Under the pieces are notes generated by a model, which ran no database searches, was not told the DNA's origin, and saw only the letters and a program-made list of their open reading frames with translations. Of a stretch of 54,088 bases of DNA, positions 39,298-48,393 are shown piece after piece. The stretch lies in sequence record DRR723986_576; one strand, given 5' to 3'. A program made the translations under genes and the position numbers. Numbering within the stretch: position 1 is the first letter of the stretch; every line of letters starts with the position of its first letter.

Positions 39298-39655
39298 TGG
39301 CGAAGTTGCCGTTGGCCTGCGCCAATAGCTTATCGCCGCAGTAGAGTCGCGACTCAAGGTTAGCAAGGCTGCGCCCACGATTAACCATTTCCGTTACACA
39401 ACGCACGGTGCCTGCCGTTGCTGGGCGAAAGTAGTTAATTTTGATCTCGACGGTGGCGCAGTACTCGTCTGCCGCCAAACCGGGGTATACCGCGGCCCCC
39501 ATGCCGGTGTCGGCCAGCGCATACAGCACGGCGCCGTGCACCACCTGATGGGGGTTCATGTGACGGGCGGGGTCCAGAGTCAGTTCACATTCGCTGTATC
39601 CGTCGCGCTGCTCCAGCACCTGCAAGCCGATATGTTCTGCAAAGGGGTGTTCCAT
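39281..39655 (-). CDS. PaaI family thioesterase
   Basis: NPHQVVHGAVLYALAD hotdog motif, KINYFRP. Confidence 0.9.
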   Translation of the reverse strand: MEHPFAEHIGLQVLEQRDGYSECELTLDPARHMNPHQVVHGAVLYALADTGMGAAVYPGLAADEYCATVEIKINYFRPATAGTVRCVTEMVNRGRSLANLESRLYCGDKLLAQANGNFAIIPRR

Positions 39656-39670
39656 TACCGCGTGCTCCCG

Positions 39671-40129
39671 TTAAAGCGGCCCGTTCATGTGTCGAGCCAG
39701 GTAGTCCTCAACGCTGCCCGCCGGGTTTGCCAATACCGTGTCCACCCAGGCGTCGCGCTCAAAGGCCATCAGTTTCATATCCCACACACAGGCGATTAAA
39801 CCCGAGGGCGTGGTATAACGAAAGGCCGTTGGGTCTTCCAGTGGTGCCACGTACACATGGTGGTGAAGCTCGTTTTCATCGGCCCACCAATCAACGAAGA
39901 CAAAGTGCGCCGTTTTACCCTGATGAACGCCGGCATAACCCACGTGATAGTGAGCACTAACATCGGCGCTATCTGCCAGCCTATCTGCAGTTAGCTGTTT
40001 TGCTGCACGCAACAACTGCGGCTGGATTGGCGCGTCGCCATAGCGAATGCCGTAGGCCTTCATGCGCCAATCCCCAAGCCGCCATGTCTCCAGATACTGA
40101 CAGTCGCGGGGTTCATAGGGGGCGATCAT
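39671..40129 (-). CDS. Conserved hypothetical protein, coupled to the ankyrin gene
   Basis: 4-bp ATGA overlap with upstream stop; DWWADENELHHH and CVWD..FERDAW motifs. Confidence 0.7.
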   Translation of the reverse strand: MIAPYEPRDCQYLETWRLGDWRMKAYGIRYGDAPIQPQLLRAAKQLTADRLADSADVSAHYHVGYAGVHQGKTAHFVFVDWWADENELHHHVYVAPLEDPTAFRYTTPSGLIACVWDMKLMAFERDAWVDTVLANPAGSVEDYLARHMNGPL

Positions 40130-42723
40130 TGGTGGGAGACCTCAAAGCCAACCACTCGGCCCTGCTTGTAGAGGGTTTTCGCGGTTTCCGCGTCGAAGCA
40201 GGCGGTGCGTGTTCCACCCTGGTAACCGCAGATGAAGCTGTCCCAGTCGGGGCTGCTGGCGGTGCCAGAAAAAGACACCTGGCCCGCGCGAGGGATCGCG
40301 GGGTCGATTTCCACATAGCCAAAGGCATCGCCATTTTGGATTTTCAGCCATAGGGTGAAGTCGCTCGGCAGGCAGTCATCTTCTGCGCCGCCCTGCTGCC
40401 ATTTGTAGTCGCCTTTCACCAAGGGCTCACCAAAGAAGTGGCTCACCTCGTAGGCCACCTTCAACGAGGCCACTTGGCACGCGCCAACAGAGAAGTTCTG
40501 CTTGGTCAGTGTTCCCTCACAATCACAATTCGCTTTCTCTGCGGTATTCATGCGGCCGCTGTTAATACTGCCCGAGCGCGGTTTAGGTCGCGCCGCTTCT
40601 GCCGCGCGCTTGGCGGCCTCACGCTCGCGTGCCTGCGCGGCCTCCTGCTGTTGCTGGGCTTGCTGTTGGGCTTGTTGCTCGCGGCGGCGCTGCTCCGCTT
40701 CGCGGCGTGCCTGCTCTGCCGCGCGGGCAGCTTCCTGGCGCGCTACTGCGGCTTCTCGTTGGCGTTGTTCATACGCCGCTTTTTGCTCGGCGTACTGGGC
40801 CTGCTTCATCGCGATTTGCGCTCGCTGTTCTTCCTGGCGACGCTTTTGTTCGGCGTTATAGGCCGCAACCTGCTGTTGAATCTCGCGATTCTGCTGCTCA
40901 AGTTGCACGCGGGTTTCTGCCAAACGGCGCAGCGCGGGGTCTTTAATTTGGTAAGTGCCCTGAGCAACCTGCTGCTGCATTTGCGCCAGGCGCGTGCCCT
41001 TGCCGTCGTCTACCCAAATATCACCAACGGCCGCCCCCATCACATCCAGCGAGTTTTCGATGGGAATATCGGCACTGCCGGCAATGGCGCCAATCGCCAC
41101 CGTGGCGAAGATTTTGCCGAACATATCGCCGCTGTTAGACTTTTTATAGGAGTTAGTCTGGCCACCGTACTGCTGAATATAGGCCGTGGTATTTTTGTAA
41201 CCGTGGCGCATGGCAATATCCAGCGCCGACTCATTGTCTTTGTCGCGCAGGTTGGGATTGGCACCTAAGGAAAGCAGGGTTTTTACGGTGTCGTAGTAAC
41301 CGTTGTCAGCGGCAATATGCAACGCGTAATAGCCGTCACAGCGCGCGTTAACATCGGCGCCCGCCACCACCAGCATCTTGATAATATCGCCTGCGGCCTT
41401 CTTACCGGACTTCGCCGCAAAGTAAACCGCTGTCGAACCCCGCTTACTTCGTTGATTCACATCGGCACCGGCCGCCACCAACTCACGAACCACGTCGGTA
41501 TGGCCTTTTTCCGCTGCCGTTTGCAGGGGGCTCCAGTCGCCTTTGCCATTGCGTGTATCAGTATTCGCACCCGCCGCCAGCAGAAGTCGAACCACTTCTG
41601 CATAGCCTTCATAGCTGGCCAAATAAAGCGGCGTGAAGCCTTCCGTATCGGCTAGCTCGACATTTGCCCCGGCCGCCAGCAGGCGTTTTACCGGGCCAAC
41701 ATGGCCGTTATTTGCCGCGTTGAATAAGGCGGTCTCAAATTCGTTGTCATTGCCCAGGTTCACATCGGCGCCCGCCGCCAATAACAGGCCGACCTGCTCG
41801 TCGCGGTTCCAGCCCGCAGCGAGATACAGGGCGCTGTAATCGTCGGGGGTTTTCTTATCCACCTCGGCACCTGCCAGCAACAGGGACTCAACAATCCCTG
41901 CATCCGCGCCCTGACGCGCTGCGCGTGTCAGCGGCGTCCACTTGCCGCTGATATTGGGGTCGCTACCGGCAGCCAGCAACATATCCACGACTTTTTGCTG
42001 CTCACTGTGCAAAAAGGCTTCATTAACACCGTTTACGCCGCGATGAGAGGCGGCCACCGGGCCGAGGCGGGTCGCACTCTGCCAGCCACTTTTTTGGTTC
42101 CAGTTGCGGCGTTCAACACCGAAGTACAGCGCGTTGTACCCAGCCACAACGCCATTGCTCACGGCCTCAACATCGGCGCCGCGCACCAGCAGCAAGCGCA
42201 CCAATTCGCTGTACTTGTTATGGGCGGCCAACATCAGGGGGGTATAGCCGGTCACTTGCGTGTCGGGGTCGGCACCGGCGTCCATCAGCTGGCGGGCGGC
42301 CTCAACATTATTCATGCTCACCGCGGCCCACAGCGGCGTTTTACCAATTGCATTGGCCTGATTGGGGTCGCCACCACTGCGCAGCAGAGCCGCCACCATG
42401 TCAGCACTATTGGCACTGGCGCCCGCGGCCGCAATCAGGGCATTTTCCTGGCTTTCTCCCATTTCCACATTGGGGTTCGCACCGGCATCAAGCAAACGCG
42501 TCACGACCGCCAATCGGCCGCTTTGTGCAGCGCGGTGCAGGGCGGTGTAGCCCATGCCATCGCGCTCATCGACCGCGCCACCCTCGGCAAGGTAGCTGTC
42601 GATAAAGGCCATATCGCCCTGGTTTGCAGCGGTGGTGTAGTCCGAGAAGCTGGCACAGGCAGAGAGCAGTGCAAAGCAAAGGGCGAGTAAGCCTTTGGAG
42701 AACAAGGTATTTATACGAGTCAT
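40126..42723 (-). CDS. Ankyrin-repeat lipoprotein with coiled coil and Cys-rich C-terminal domain
   Basis: Lipobox LSAC; a dozen or more TPL/TAL..AA..G..V..LL..GAD repeats; Q/E/R/A-rich segment. Confidence 0.9.
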   Translation of the reverse strand: MTRINTLFSKGLLALCFALLSACASFSDYTTAANQGDMAFIDSYLAEGGAVDERDGMGYTALHRAAQSGRLAVVTRLLDAGANPNVEMGESQENALIAAAGASANSADMVAALLRSGGDPNQANAIGKTPLWAAVSMNNVEAARQLMDAGADPDTQVTGYTPLMLAAHNKYSELVRLLLVRGADVEAVSNGVVAGYNALYFGVERRNWNQKSGWQSATRLGPVAASHRGVNGVNEAFLHSEQQKVVDMLLAAGSDPNISGKWTPLTRAARQGADAGIVESLLLAGAEVDKKTPDDYSALYLAAGWNRDEQVGLLLAAGADVNLGNDNEFETALFNAANNGHVGPVKRLLAAGANVELADTEGFTPLYLASYEGYAEVVRLLLAAGANTDTRNGKGDWSPLQTAAEKGHTDVVRELVAAGADVNQRSKRGSTAVYFAAKSGKKAAGDIIKMLVVAGADVNARCDGYYALHIAADNGYYDTVKTLLSLGANPNLRDKDNESALDIAMRHGYKNTTAYIQQYGGQTNSYKKSNSGDMFGKIFATVAIGAIAGSADIPIENSLDVMGAAVGDIWVDDGKGTRLAQMQQQVAQGTYQIKDPALRRLAETRVQLEQQNREIQQQVAAYNAEQKRRQEEQRAQIAMKQAQYAEQKAAYEQRQREAAVARQEAARAAEQARREAEQRRREQQAQQQAQQQQEAAQAREREAAKRAAEAARPKPRSGSINSGRMNTAEKANCDCEGTLTKQNFSVGACQVASLKVAYEVSHFFGEPLVKGDYKWQQGGAEDDCLPSDFTLWLKIQNGDAFGYVEIDPAIPRAGQVSFSGTASSPDWDSFICGYQGGTRTACFDAETAKTLYKQGRVVGFEVSHQ

Positions 42724-42843
42724 GGCGGCTCCCAGAGAAAGTTTTAGGCGGCGCGGATCATCTTAGCAGCGCTCAACGGCAGATGAATCCCCAATTTAGA
42801 GGGCGACCCAACAACCGTTTGGTCAAGACGGGGCCCCTCGGCT

Positions 42844-42895
42844 CTGTTCACAGCCGCTATTGATAGACCCTATTCACAGACCCTATTGATAGACC
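42844..42895. repeat. Four 13-bp tandem units (alternating A/B)
   Basis: CTGTTCACAGCCG CTATTGATAGACC CTATTCACAGACC CTATTGATAGACC. Confidence 0.8.
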
Positions 42896-42965
42896 CGGCC
42901 ACTCTCCTCCTAAGCAAGCAATACCCATACCCGATCTGAGAAATGTCACCTCCCTCTTTTCTTTA

Positions 42966-42988
42966 GACATGTTATAACATATCATTTT
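42966..42988. promoter_or_regulatory. Zur box
   Basis: GACATGTTATAACATATCATTTT versus gammaproteobacterial consensus GAAATGTTATA-N-TATAACATTTC, upstream of the zinc operon. Confidence 0.8.
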
Positions 42989-43107
42989 GTCCGAATTACT
43001 CACTGGCAGAACCCGTTTTGTTTGTCCGGCGTTGCAGAACACCACGGCGAAAACAACGGGTGACGGCAACAGGCTGATAGACGTGACCACCGCGGAGGCG
43101 CGACAAT

Positions 43108-43761
43108 ATGGCTATCCCACTGCAAACATCGATGCCCGAGGTGTACACCGTCGCCGGTGACAGCGCGGAAATTTTCGGCGATATCTACCGGGCCGACGTC
43201 AATATGGCGGTTTGGCAGCGCGCCGTTAGCCCGGCGCTTAACGCCGAGTGCGACGCCTTATTAAAAGAAGGCCGCTTTCGCGGCTGCAGTCTCTCTTTGC
43301 CAACAAGCCAGCTCAGTACACTGAGCGAGGCCGAGCCAGTATTAAAAGCGTATCCGGCATTAAGCAGCGACATCCAGCTTCTGGCCGATATGTTTAGCCT
43401 GCTATTTGAACTGGACGCCGTCGGCCTGCGGCTCACGTCCCTGAGCGGCAAGATGTGCCCCAAATTCCACACCGACAACGTGGCTTGTCGGCTGGTAACC
43501 AGCTACAGCGGCCCCGGCACCCAATGGCTGCCGCACCACTGCGTAGACCGCAGCAAATTGGGCGCGGGTAGCCGCGGCCTCAGCGATGCCGATAGCGGTT
43601 TGTATCCCGCGGCAAGCGACATCAATACCTTGCAAACACACCATGTGGCCCTGCTAAAAGGCGAAAACTGGGAGGGGAACGAAGGCGCAGGCCTGGTTCA
43701 CCGTTCACCCGCCGTCGCGCCGGGCCAACAGCGATTACTGTTAACTCTCGACTTTTTATAA
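43108..43761 (+). CDS. DUF1826 domain protein
   Basis: NMAVWQR, MCPKFHTD..CRLVTSYSGPGTQW, LLKGENW, GLVHRSP, RLLLTLD. Confidence 0.85.
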   Translation: MAIPLQTSMPEVYTVAGDSAEIFGDIYRADVNMAVWQRAVSPALNAECDALLKEGRFRGCSLSLPTSQLSTLSEAEPVLKAYPALSSDIQLLADMFSLLFELDAVGLRLTSLSGKMCPKFHTDNVACRLVTSYSGPGTQWLPHHCVDRSKLGAGSRGLSDADSGLYPAASDINTLQTHHVALLKGENWEGNEGAGLVHRSPAVAPGQQRLLLTLDFL

Positions 43762-43804
43762 GCCTGAACATACAGGCAAAACCCAATACCAATAGGAGCG
43801 GACA

Positions 43805-46279
43805 ATGAAAGTAGTTTTGGGGCACTGCGCCCTGATCGGTATTTCGGGGCTGGCGCTGTCCAGCGCCGCCCATGCGTTGACCGGCCAGGTCAGCGATACC
43901 CAGGGTAAACCCGTGTACGGGGCAACCATTGATGCGGTAGGTAGCAAGCAAACCGCCAGCACGTCTGCCGATGGTCGCTTCAACCTCGATACCGGCGCGG
44001 AACTGCCTGAAGAGATTCACATCAGCGCGCCTGGCTTTAGCCACCAGACACTGCACCTGGATGCCGGCAGCGACGAGCTGAGCATCACCCTGCGTCGCTC
44101 ACCCATTGAGCAGGTTGATGTTGTGGGTTTGCCACTGCACATCTCGGTAATGGAATCGGCTCAGCCGGTTACCGTTGTCAGCGGCGAAGAACTGCGCCGT
44201 AAGCAGGCATCCACCCTCGGCGAAACGCTGAAAAACGAAGTGGGTGTTCACTCCAGCTACTTCGGCCCGGTATCCAGCACCCCGATTATTCGAGGCCTTA
44301 ACGGCCCACGGGTGTTGATCACCCAAAACAGCCTGGATGTCAGCGATGCATCCCGGGTTGGCCCGGACCACGTGGTTGCCACCGAGGCGATGACCGCCCA
44401 GCAAATTGAAATTCTGCGCGGCCCGGCCACCCTGTTTTACGGCTCTGGCGCCATTGGCGGTGTCGTCAACATCGTCGATGACCGCGTGCCCTCCTCCAGC
44501 GAGCCCACCGGTGCATTCTCGATTGGCCACAATACGGTCGCCGACGAAAACGAAGCGTCTCTGGCCTTTACCGGCGGCAATGAGTTCTTCGCCTTTCATG
44601 TTGATGGCTTCTGGCGCGAGGGTAACGACTACGAGATCCCCGGCATCGCTGTTCTGGAAACCGAAGAAGAGCACGAGGAAGAAGGTCACGAGGAGCACCG
44701 CGAAGGTGTACTTGAAGACAGCGCATCAGAGAGCGAAGGCTTCAATATTGGCGGTAGCTTACTGCTGGACAACGGCTACGTGGGTGTCTCCTACGGTCGC
44801 CTTGAGCGCCTGAATGGCGTACCGGGTCACAGTCATGGCGGACACGAAGAGGAACACCATGAAGAGGAAGGCCATGAGGACGCTCACGAAGACGAGCACC
44901 ATGACGAAGAGTACCACGACGATGAAGGTGTGCTCTCCGACCTTACACAAGATCGCTGGCAGTTGATCAGCGAGCTGTCGCTGGACAACGCGCTGCTGAG
45001 CGGTATTAACACCCGCCTTGGTTACACCGACTACGAGCACGCTGAAGTTGAAGGCGGCGAAACCGGCACCGTGTTTAAAAACGAAACACTGCAAGCCCGC
45101 ATTGATTTACTGCTGCAGGAATTTTCCGGCTGGAAAGGTGCCGTGACATTCGAAGCGAAATCCAGTGATTTCGAAGCGATTGGCGAGGAAGCCTTTACGC
45201 CACCGAGCCGCACAGACAGTTTTGCCATTGCCGTGATGCAAGAAAAACATGTCGGCAACTTCCTCTGGCAAATGGGTGCACGCGTCGAGAAAGTCAGCAT
45301 TGAAGCAGACCCCATTGAGTGGGAGGAGCACCACCACGGCGAAGAGGCAATGGAAGAAGAAGAGCACGACCACGAGTTACTGCACTTCGACGACCTCGAC
45401 TTCACACCCTACAGCGTTTCCGCTGGTGTGGTGTGGGACTTCGCACCTGACTACAACGCAGGCATCTCGCTTACCCATGCTCAGCGCGCACCGAGCGCAG
45501 CAGAGCTATTCTCCTACGGCCCGCATATCGGCACGGGCAGTTTTGAAGTGGGCGCCCTGCTGCGTTTACACGAAGGCGACGAACCACACTTCCACTACTT
45601 AAACGATGTGGAAGAAGAAACCTCAAACAACATTGACCTAAGCCTGCGCAAACACACCGGCAATGTCGCCTGGGTGCTGAATGTGTTCTACAACCAAGTG
45701 GATAACTTTTACTACGAGCGCAATACCGGCCTGACGAGCGAAGATATTGAAGGCCATGAGCACGAGGAACATGACGAGCACGAAGGTGGCGCAGAGGAAG
45801 AGCATGAACATGAGCACGACCACGGTGCGCTCCCGCTCTACGTGTTTGAACAGGCCGATGCCACCCTCTACGGCTTGGAAGCTCAGCTGGCATGGCAGCT
45901 CTCTTCTCCCTTTAAGTTGAGCCTGTGGGCTGACCGTATTTGGGGCAAGCTGGACGACGGCGGTGACCTGCCCCGCATTCCGCCCGCGCGACTCGGCAGC
46001 CAGTTGGCTTACAGCAGCAATGGCTGGGATGCAGAGATCAGCGCCACACGTTATCTGGAACAAGATCAAGTGGCCGAGCTGGAAACTGTTACCGGTGCCT
46101 ATACTATGATCGATGCGGAGGTGTCCTATACCTTTGCCGTCAGTCCCGGTGATGTCACTGTCTACGTGAAGGGCAGCAACCTGACTGATGAAGAAGCGCG
46201 CGTGCACTCCTCCTTCCTGAAGGATCGCGCACCACTGCCAGGCCGCGGCTTTAGCCTCGGCATTCGGGGTAGCTTCTAA
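43805..46279 (+). CDS. znuD: Zinc TonB-dependent receptor (ZnuD-like) with His/Glu-rich loops
   Basis: EILRGPATLFYGSGAIGGVVN, four His/Glu-rich tracts, LPRIPP, HSSFLK..APLPGR, terminal F; downstream of Zur box. Confidence 0.85.
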   Translation: MKVVLGHCALIGISGLALSSAAHALTGQVSDTQGKPVYGATIDAVGSKQTASTSADGRFNLDTGAELPEEIHISAPGFSHQTLHLDAGSDELSITLRRSPIEQVDVVGLPLHISVMESAQPVTVVSGEELRRKQASTLGETLKNEVGVHSSYFGPVSSTPIIRGLNGPRVLITQNSLDVSDASRVGPDHVVATEAMTAQQIEILRGPATLFYGSGAIGGVVNIVDDRVPSSSEPTGAFSIGHNTVADENEASLAFTGGNEFFAFHVDGFWREGNDYEIPGIAVLETEEEHEEEGHEEHREGVLEDSASESEGFNIGGSLLLDNGYVGVSYGRLERLNGVPGHSHGGHEEEHHEEEGHEDAHEDEHHDEEYHDDEGVLSDLTQDRWQLISELSLDNALLSGINTRLGYTDYEHAEVEGGETGTVFKNETLQARIDLLLQEFSGWKGAVTFEAKSSDFEAIGEEAFTPPSRTDSFAIAVMQEKHVGNFLWQMGARVEKVSIEADPIEWEEHHHGEEAMEEEEHDHELLHFDDLDFTPYSVSAGVVWDFAPDYNAGISLTHAQRAPSAAELFSYGPHIGTGSFEVGALLRLHEGDEPHFHYLNDVEEETSNNIDLSLRKHTGNVAWVLNVFYNQVDNFYYERNTGLTSEDIEGHEHEEHDEHEGGAEEEHEHEHDHGALPLYVFEQADATLYGLEAQLAWQLSSPFKLSLWADRIWGKLDDGGDLPRIPPARLGSQLAYSSNGWDAEISATRYLEQDQVAELETVTGAYTMIDAEVSYTFAVSPGDVTVYVKGSNLTDEEARVHSSFLKDRAPLPGRGFSLGIRGSF

Positions 46280-46831
46280 GTGAGGCCGGCGGGCTTCCGG
46301 TTAGCAACACGCGTGGCGAGATACACCGCGTATCTCGCCATTGCGGTTTGCGCCCTAGCGGGTAGCCCGCTGCATGCTCAGCATCACCATGCCCACGTTC
46401 ACGGTGTGGCGGAACTGCAGCTACTACAAGATGGCGAAATGCTGAGCATTGAGCTGCGCTCGCCAGCGCTGAACATCTTAGGATTTGAACACCCGGTAGA
46501 GCACGCCGACTATTTGCAGGCCGCCGAGCAAGCGCGGGCAAAACTGTCTGACGGCGGTTCACTTTTTCGCTTAGAAGGCGGGACCTGCCAACTCACAACG
46601 GTGTCGATCGACATCGCGGATTCGTCAAACGATAGCGCCCATCAACGTCACAACGATGTGGTCGCAAGCTATGTGTATCAGTGCAAGCGCGCCGAGACAT
46701 TGCAGTCACTTTCTACCGACATCCAAGGCGTCTTTCCCAGCATTCATTCACTTCAGGTGCAATGGATCGCCAATCAACGCCAGGGTGCCACGACACTGGA
46801 AGACGGTCGTAAGGCCATTCGTTTCAGGTAA
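46280..46831 (+). CDS. DUF2796 / ZrgA-like periplasmic zinc-binding protein
   Basis: HHHAHVHGVA, SPALNILGFEH, YVYQC, QWI...QGA. Confidence 0.82.
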   Translation: MRPAGFRLATRVARYTAYLAIAVCALAGSPLHAQHHHAHVHGVAELQLLQDGEMLSIELRSPALNILGFEHPVEHADYLQAAEQARAKLSDGGSLFRLEGGTCQLTTVSIDIADSSNDSAHQRHNDVVASYVYQCKRAETLQSLSTDIQGVFPSIHSLQVQWIANQRQGATTLEDGRKAIRFR

Positions 46832-47298
46832 TGCTCATGAATGAGATCGACCATATTCTTGAACACGCCGAAGCAAGCTGTCGCGCCACGGGTGCCCGGC
46901 TCACTAAAAAGCGCAAACAGGTACTTACCGGGCTATTAAGCTCAAAAAAGGCGCAGTCTGCCTATGAACTTATTCACTATATGCAGACGGAATATAACGA
47001 GATTATGCAGCCGACAACGGTGTACCGAATACTGGATTTCCTGTCGCAGGAAAACCTTGTACACAAATTGCACTTGGCGAATAAGTACGTGGCCTGCTCA
47101 CACATTCACTGCGAGCACACCCATGAGGTTCCGCAATTTTTAATTTGCGACAACTGCGGCAGCGTAAAAGAAATCGGTATTTCCAAAAGCGTAATTGATA
47201 CTTTGCAGAAAAATGTAGAGGCGGCGTCATTCGTCCTGAATAGCCCGCAACTTGAATTACATTGTTTGTGTGCCAGCTGCACACCAGCAAAAAACTGA
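46831..47298 (+). CDS. zur: Zur-like Fur-family regulator
   Basis: TVYRILDFL, ACSHIHC, QFLICDNCG, CLCASC. Confidence 0.8.
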   Translation: MLMNEIDHILEHAEASCRATGARLTKKRKQVLTGLLSSKKAQSAYELIHYMQTEYNEIMQPTTVYRILDFLSQENLVHKLHLANKYVACSHIHCEHTHEVPQFLICDNCGSVKEIGISKSVIDTLQKNVEAASFVLNSPQLELHCLCASCTPAKN

Positions 47299-47327
47299 AA
47301 TATATAAGTAGATAGCGAGAGCTGACT

Positions 47328-47723
47328 GTGAAAATAACTTCCTCTAGCCTGGACAAAACTGCCATCGGCCTATCGATGTTTTGCGCCATACACTGCTTGC
47401 TGCTGCCTACAATGATTGTTCTGTCACCCGTGCTGGCCGCTACCAGCTTTGGCAATGAAGCATTTCATCAATGGCTGTTGCTCGCCGTGTTACCAATTAG
47501 CGCCGTGGCGCTGACCCTCGGTTGCCGGAAGCACCACAACTTCAGCATTCTGCGCTGGGGTGTACCTGGTTTGGTCATCATTGCTGTCACCGCCCTTTGG
47601 GGCCATGAATTACTAGGCGAAACCGGCGAAAAGGTAGCGTCTATCATCGGCGCTCTGCTTATTGTGGTTGGTCACTGGCTGAACCACCGGCTGTGTCAAC
47701 AGCAACATTGCCCCTGCGAGTAA
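47328..47723 (+). CDS. MerC-family membrane protein
   Basis: [28 protein letters not shown]-terminal CQQQHCPC. Confidence 0.82.
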   Translation: MKITSSSLDKTAIGLSMFCAIHCLLLPTMIVLSPVLAATSFGNEAFHQWLLLAVLPISAVALTLGCRKHHNFSILRWGVPGLVIIAVTALWGHELLGETGEKVASIIGALLIVVGHWLNHRLCQQQHCPCE

Positions 47724-47727
47724 GCTG

Positions 47728-48141
47728 ATGGAAAACCACTATTTTCGGTCTATTGAGAACTCTGCCAAAGGCACTGAGTTTCCGCTGGACACCATACTGG
47801 CGCAGCTGTCGTTTAATCGCGATGGCTTGCTGCCGGTGATCGCCCAGGATCACGTCAGCCGCGAGGTATTGATGATGGCGTGGATGAATCGCGAGGCGTT
47901 AGAGCACACCCTGGCGAGCGGCAACGTCACTTACTGGTCGCGCTCACGCGCTCAGCTTTGGCGCAAGGGCGAAACCAGCGGCAATCACCAGCGCCTGGTC
48001 AAGCTGCGCATCGATTGCGACGGAGACACCCTGCTGTGCGACGTTGAGCAAGTCGGCCCCGCCTGTCATACCGGCCGATCCAACTGTTTTTATTTATCTG
48101 TTGATCGCCACAAAAATAGCGTCACCCTCGATGGCGAGTAG
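47728..48141 (+). CDS. hisI: Phosphoribosyl-AMP cyclohydrolase (probable zinc-regulon paralog)
   Basis: [27 protein letters not shown]. Confidence 0.92.
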   Translation: MENHYFRSIENSAKGTEFPLDTILAQLSFNRDGLLPVIAQDHVSREVLMMAWMNREALEHTLASGNVTYWSRSRAQLWRKGETSGNHQRLVKLRIDCDGDTLLCDVEQVGPACHTGRSNCFYLSVDRHKNSVTLDGE

Positions 48142-48183
48142 GACTTTCCCGCTGCAAAAAACCACTCATCACGCGAGCAACGT

Positions 48184-48357
48184 ATGAACACGCAAACTAA
48201 CGCGCCCAACGGGGCCAACGCGCAACCGTGCTGCAGCACTAGTAGCTGTTGCCCCAGCCAACCCAGCCGCCGCGCCCAGCCCAAGGTTGGCCGCAACGAC
48301 CCCTGCCCCTGCGGCAATGGACGTAAATTCAAAAAATGCTGCGGTCGGTCTTTGTAG
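48184..48357 (+). CDS. 57-aa SEC-C motif microprotein (not in ORF track)
   Basis: [57 protein letters not shown]. Confidence 0.85.
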   Translation: MNTQTNAPNGANAQPCCSTSSCCPSQPSRRAQPKVGRNDPCPCGNGRKFKKCCGRSL

Positions 48358-48393
48358 CGACGGCGCGACGATAACCCGCCATAAAGGTATGTA

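Noticed and set aside
40438..42690. Long plus-strand ORFs opposite the ankyrin gene (and similar antisense ORFs elsewhere)
   Set aside because: Shadow frames expected in GC-rich coding DNA; no protein motifs
42844..42895. Possible CRISPR array
   Set aside because: Units are 13 bp with no spacers, and no cas genes are present
42857..43090. 77-aa minus-strand ORF
   Set aside because: Overlaps the Zur box and tandem repeat, no recognisable motif; likely spurious
44660..45830. GAR/CAY-rich repetitive DNA
   Set aside because: Explained by His/Glu-rich metal-binding loops of the ZnuD-like receptor
47328..47723. Mercury-resistance operon
   Set aside because: No merA, merR, merT or merP in the window; context is zinc uptake
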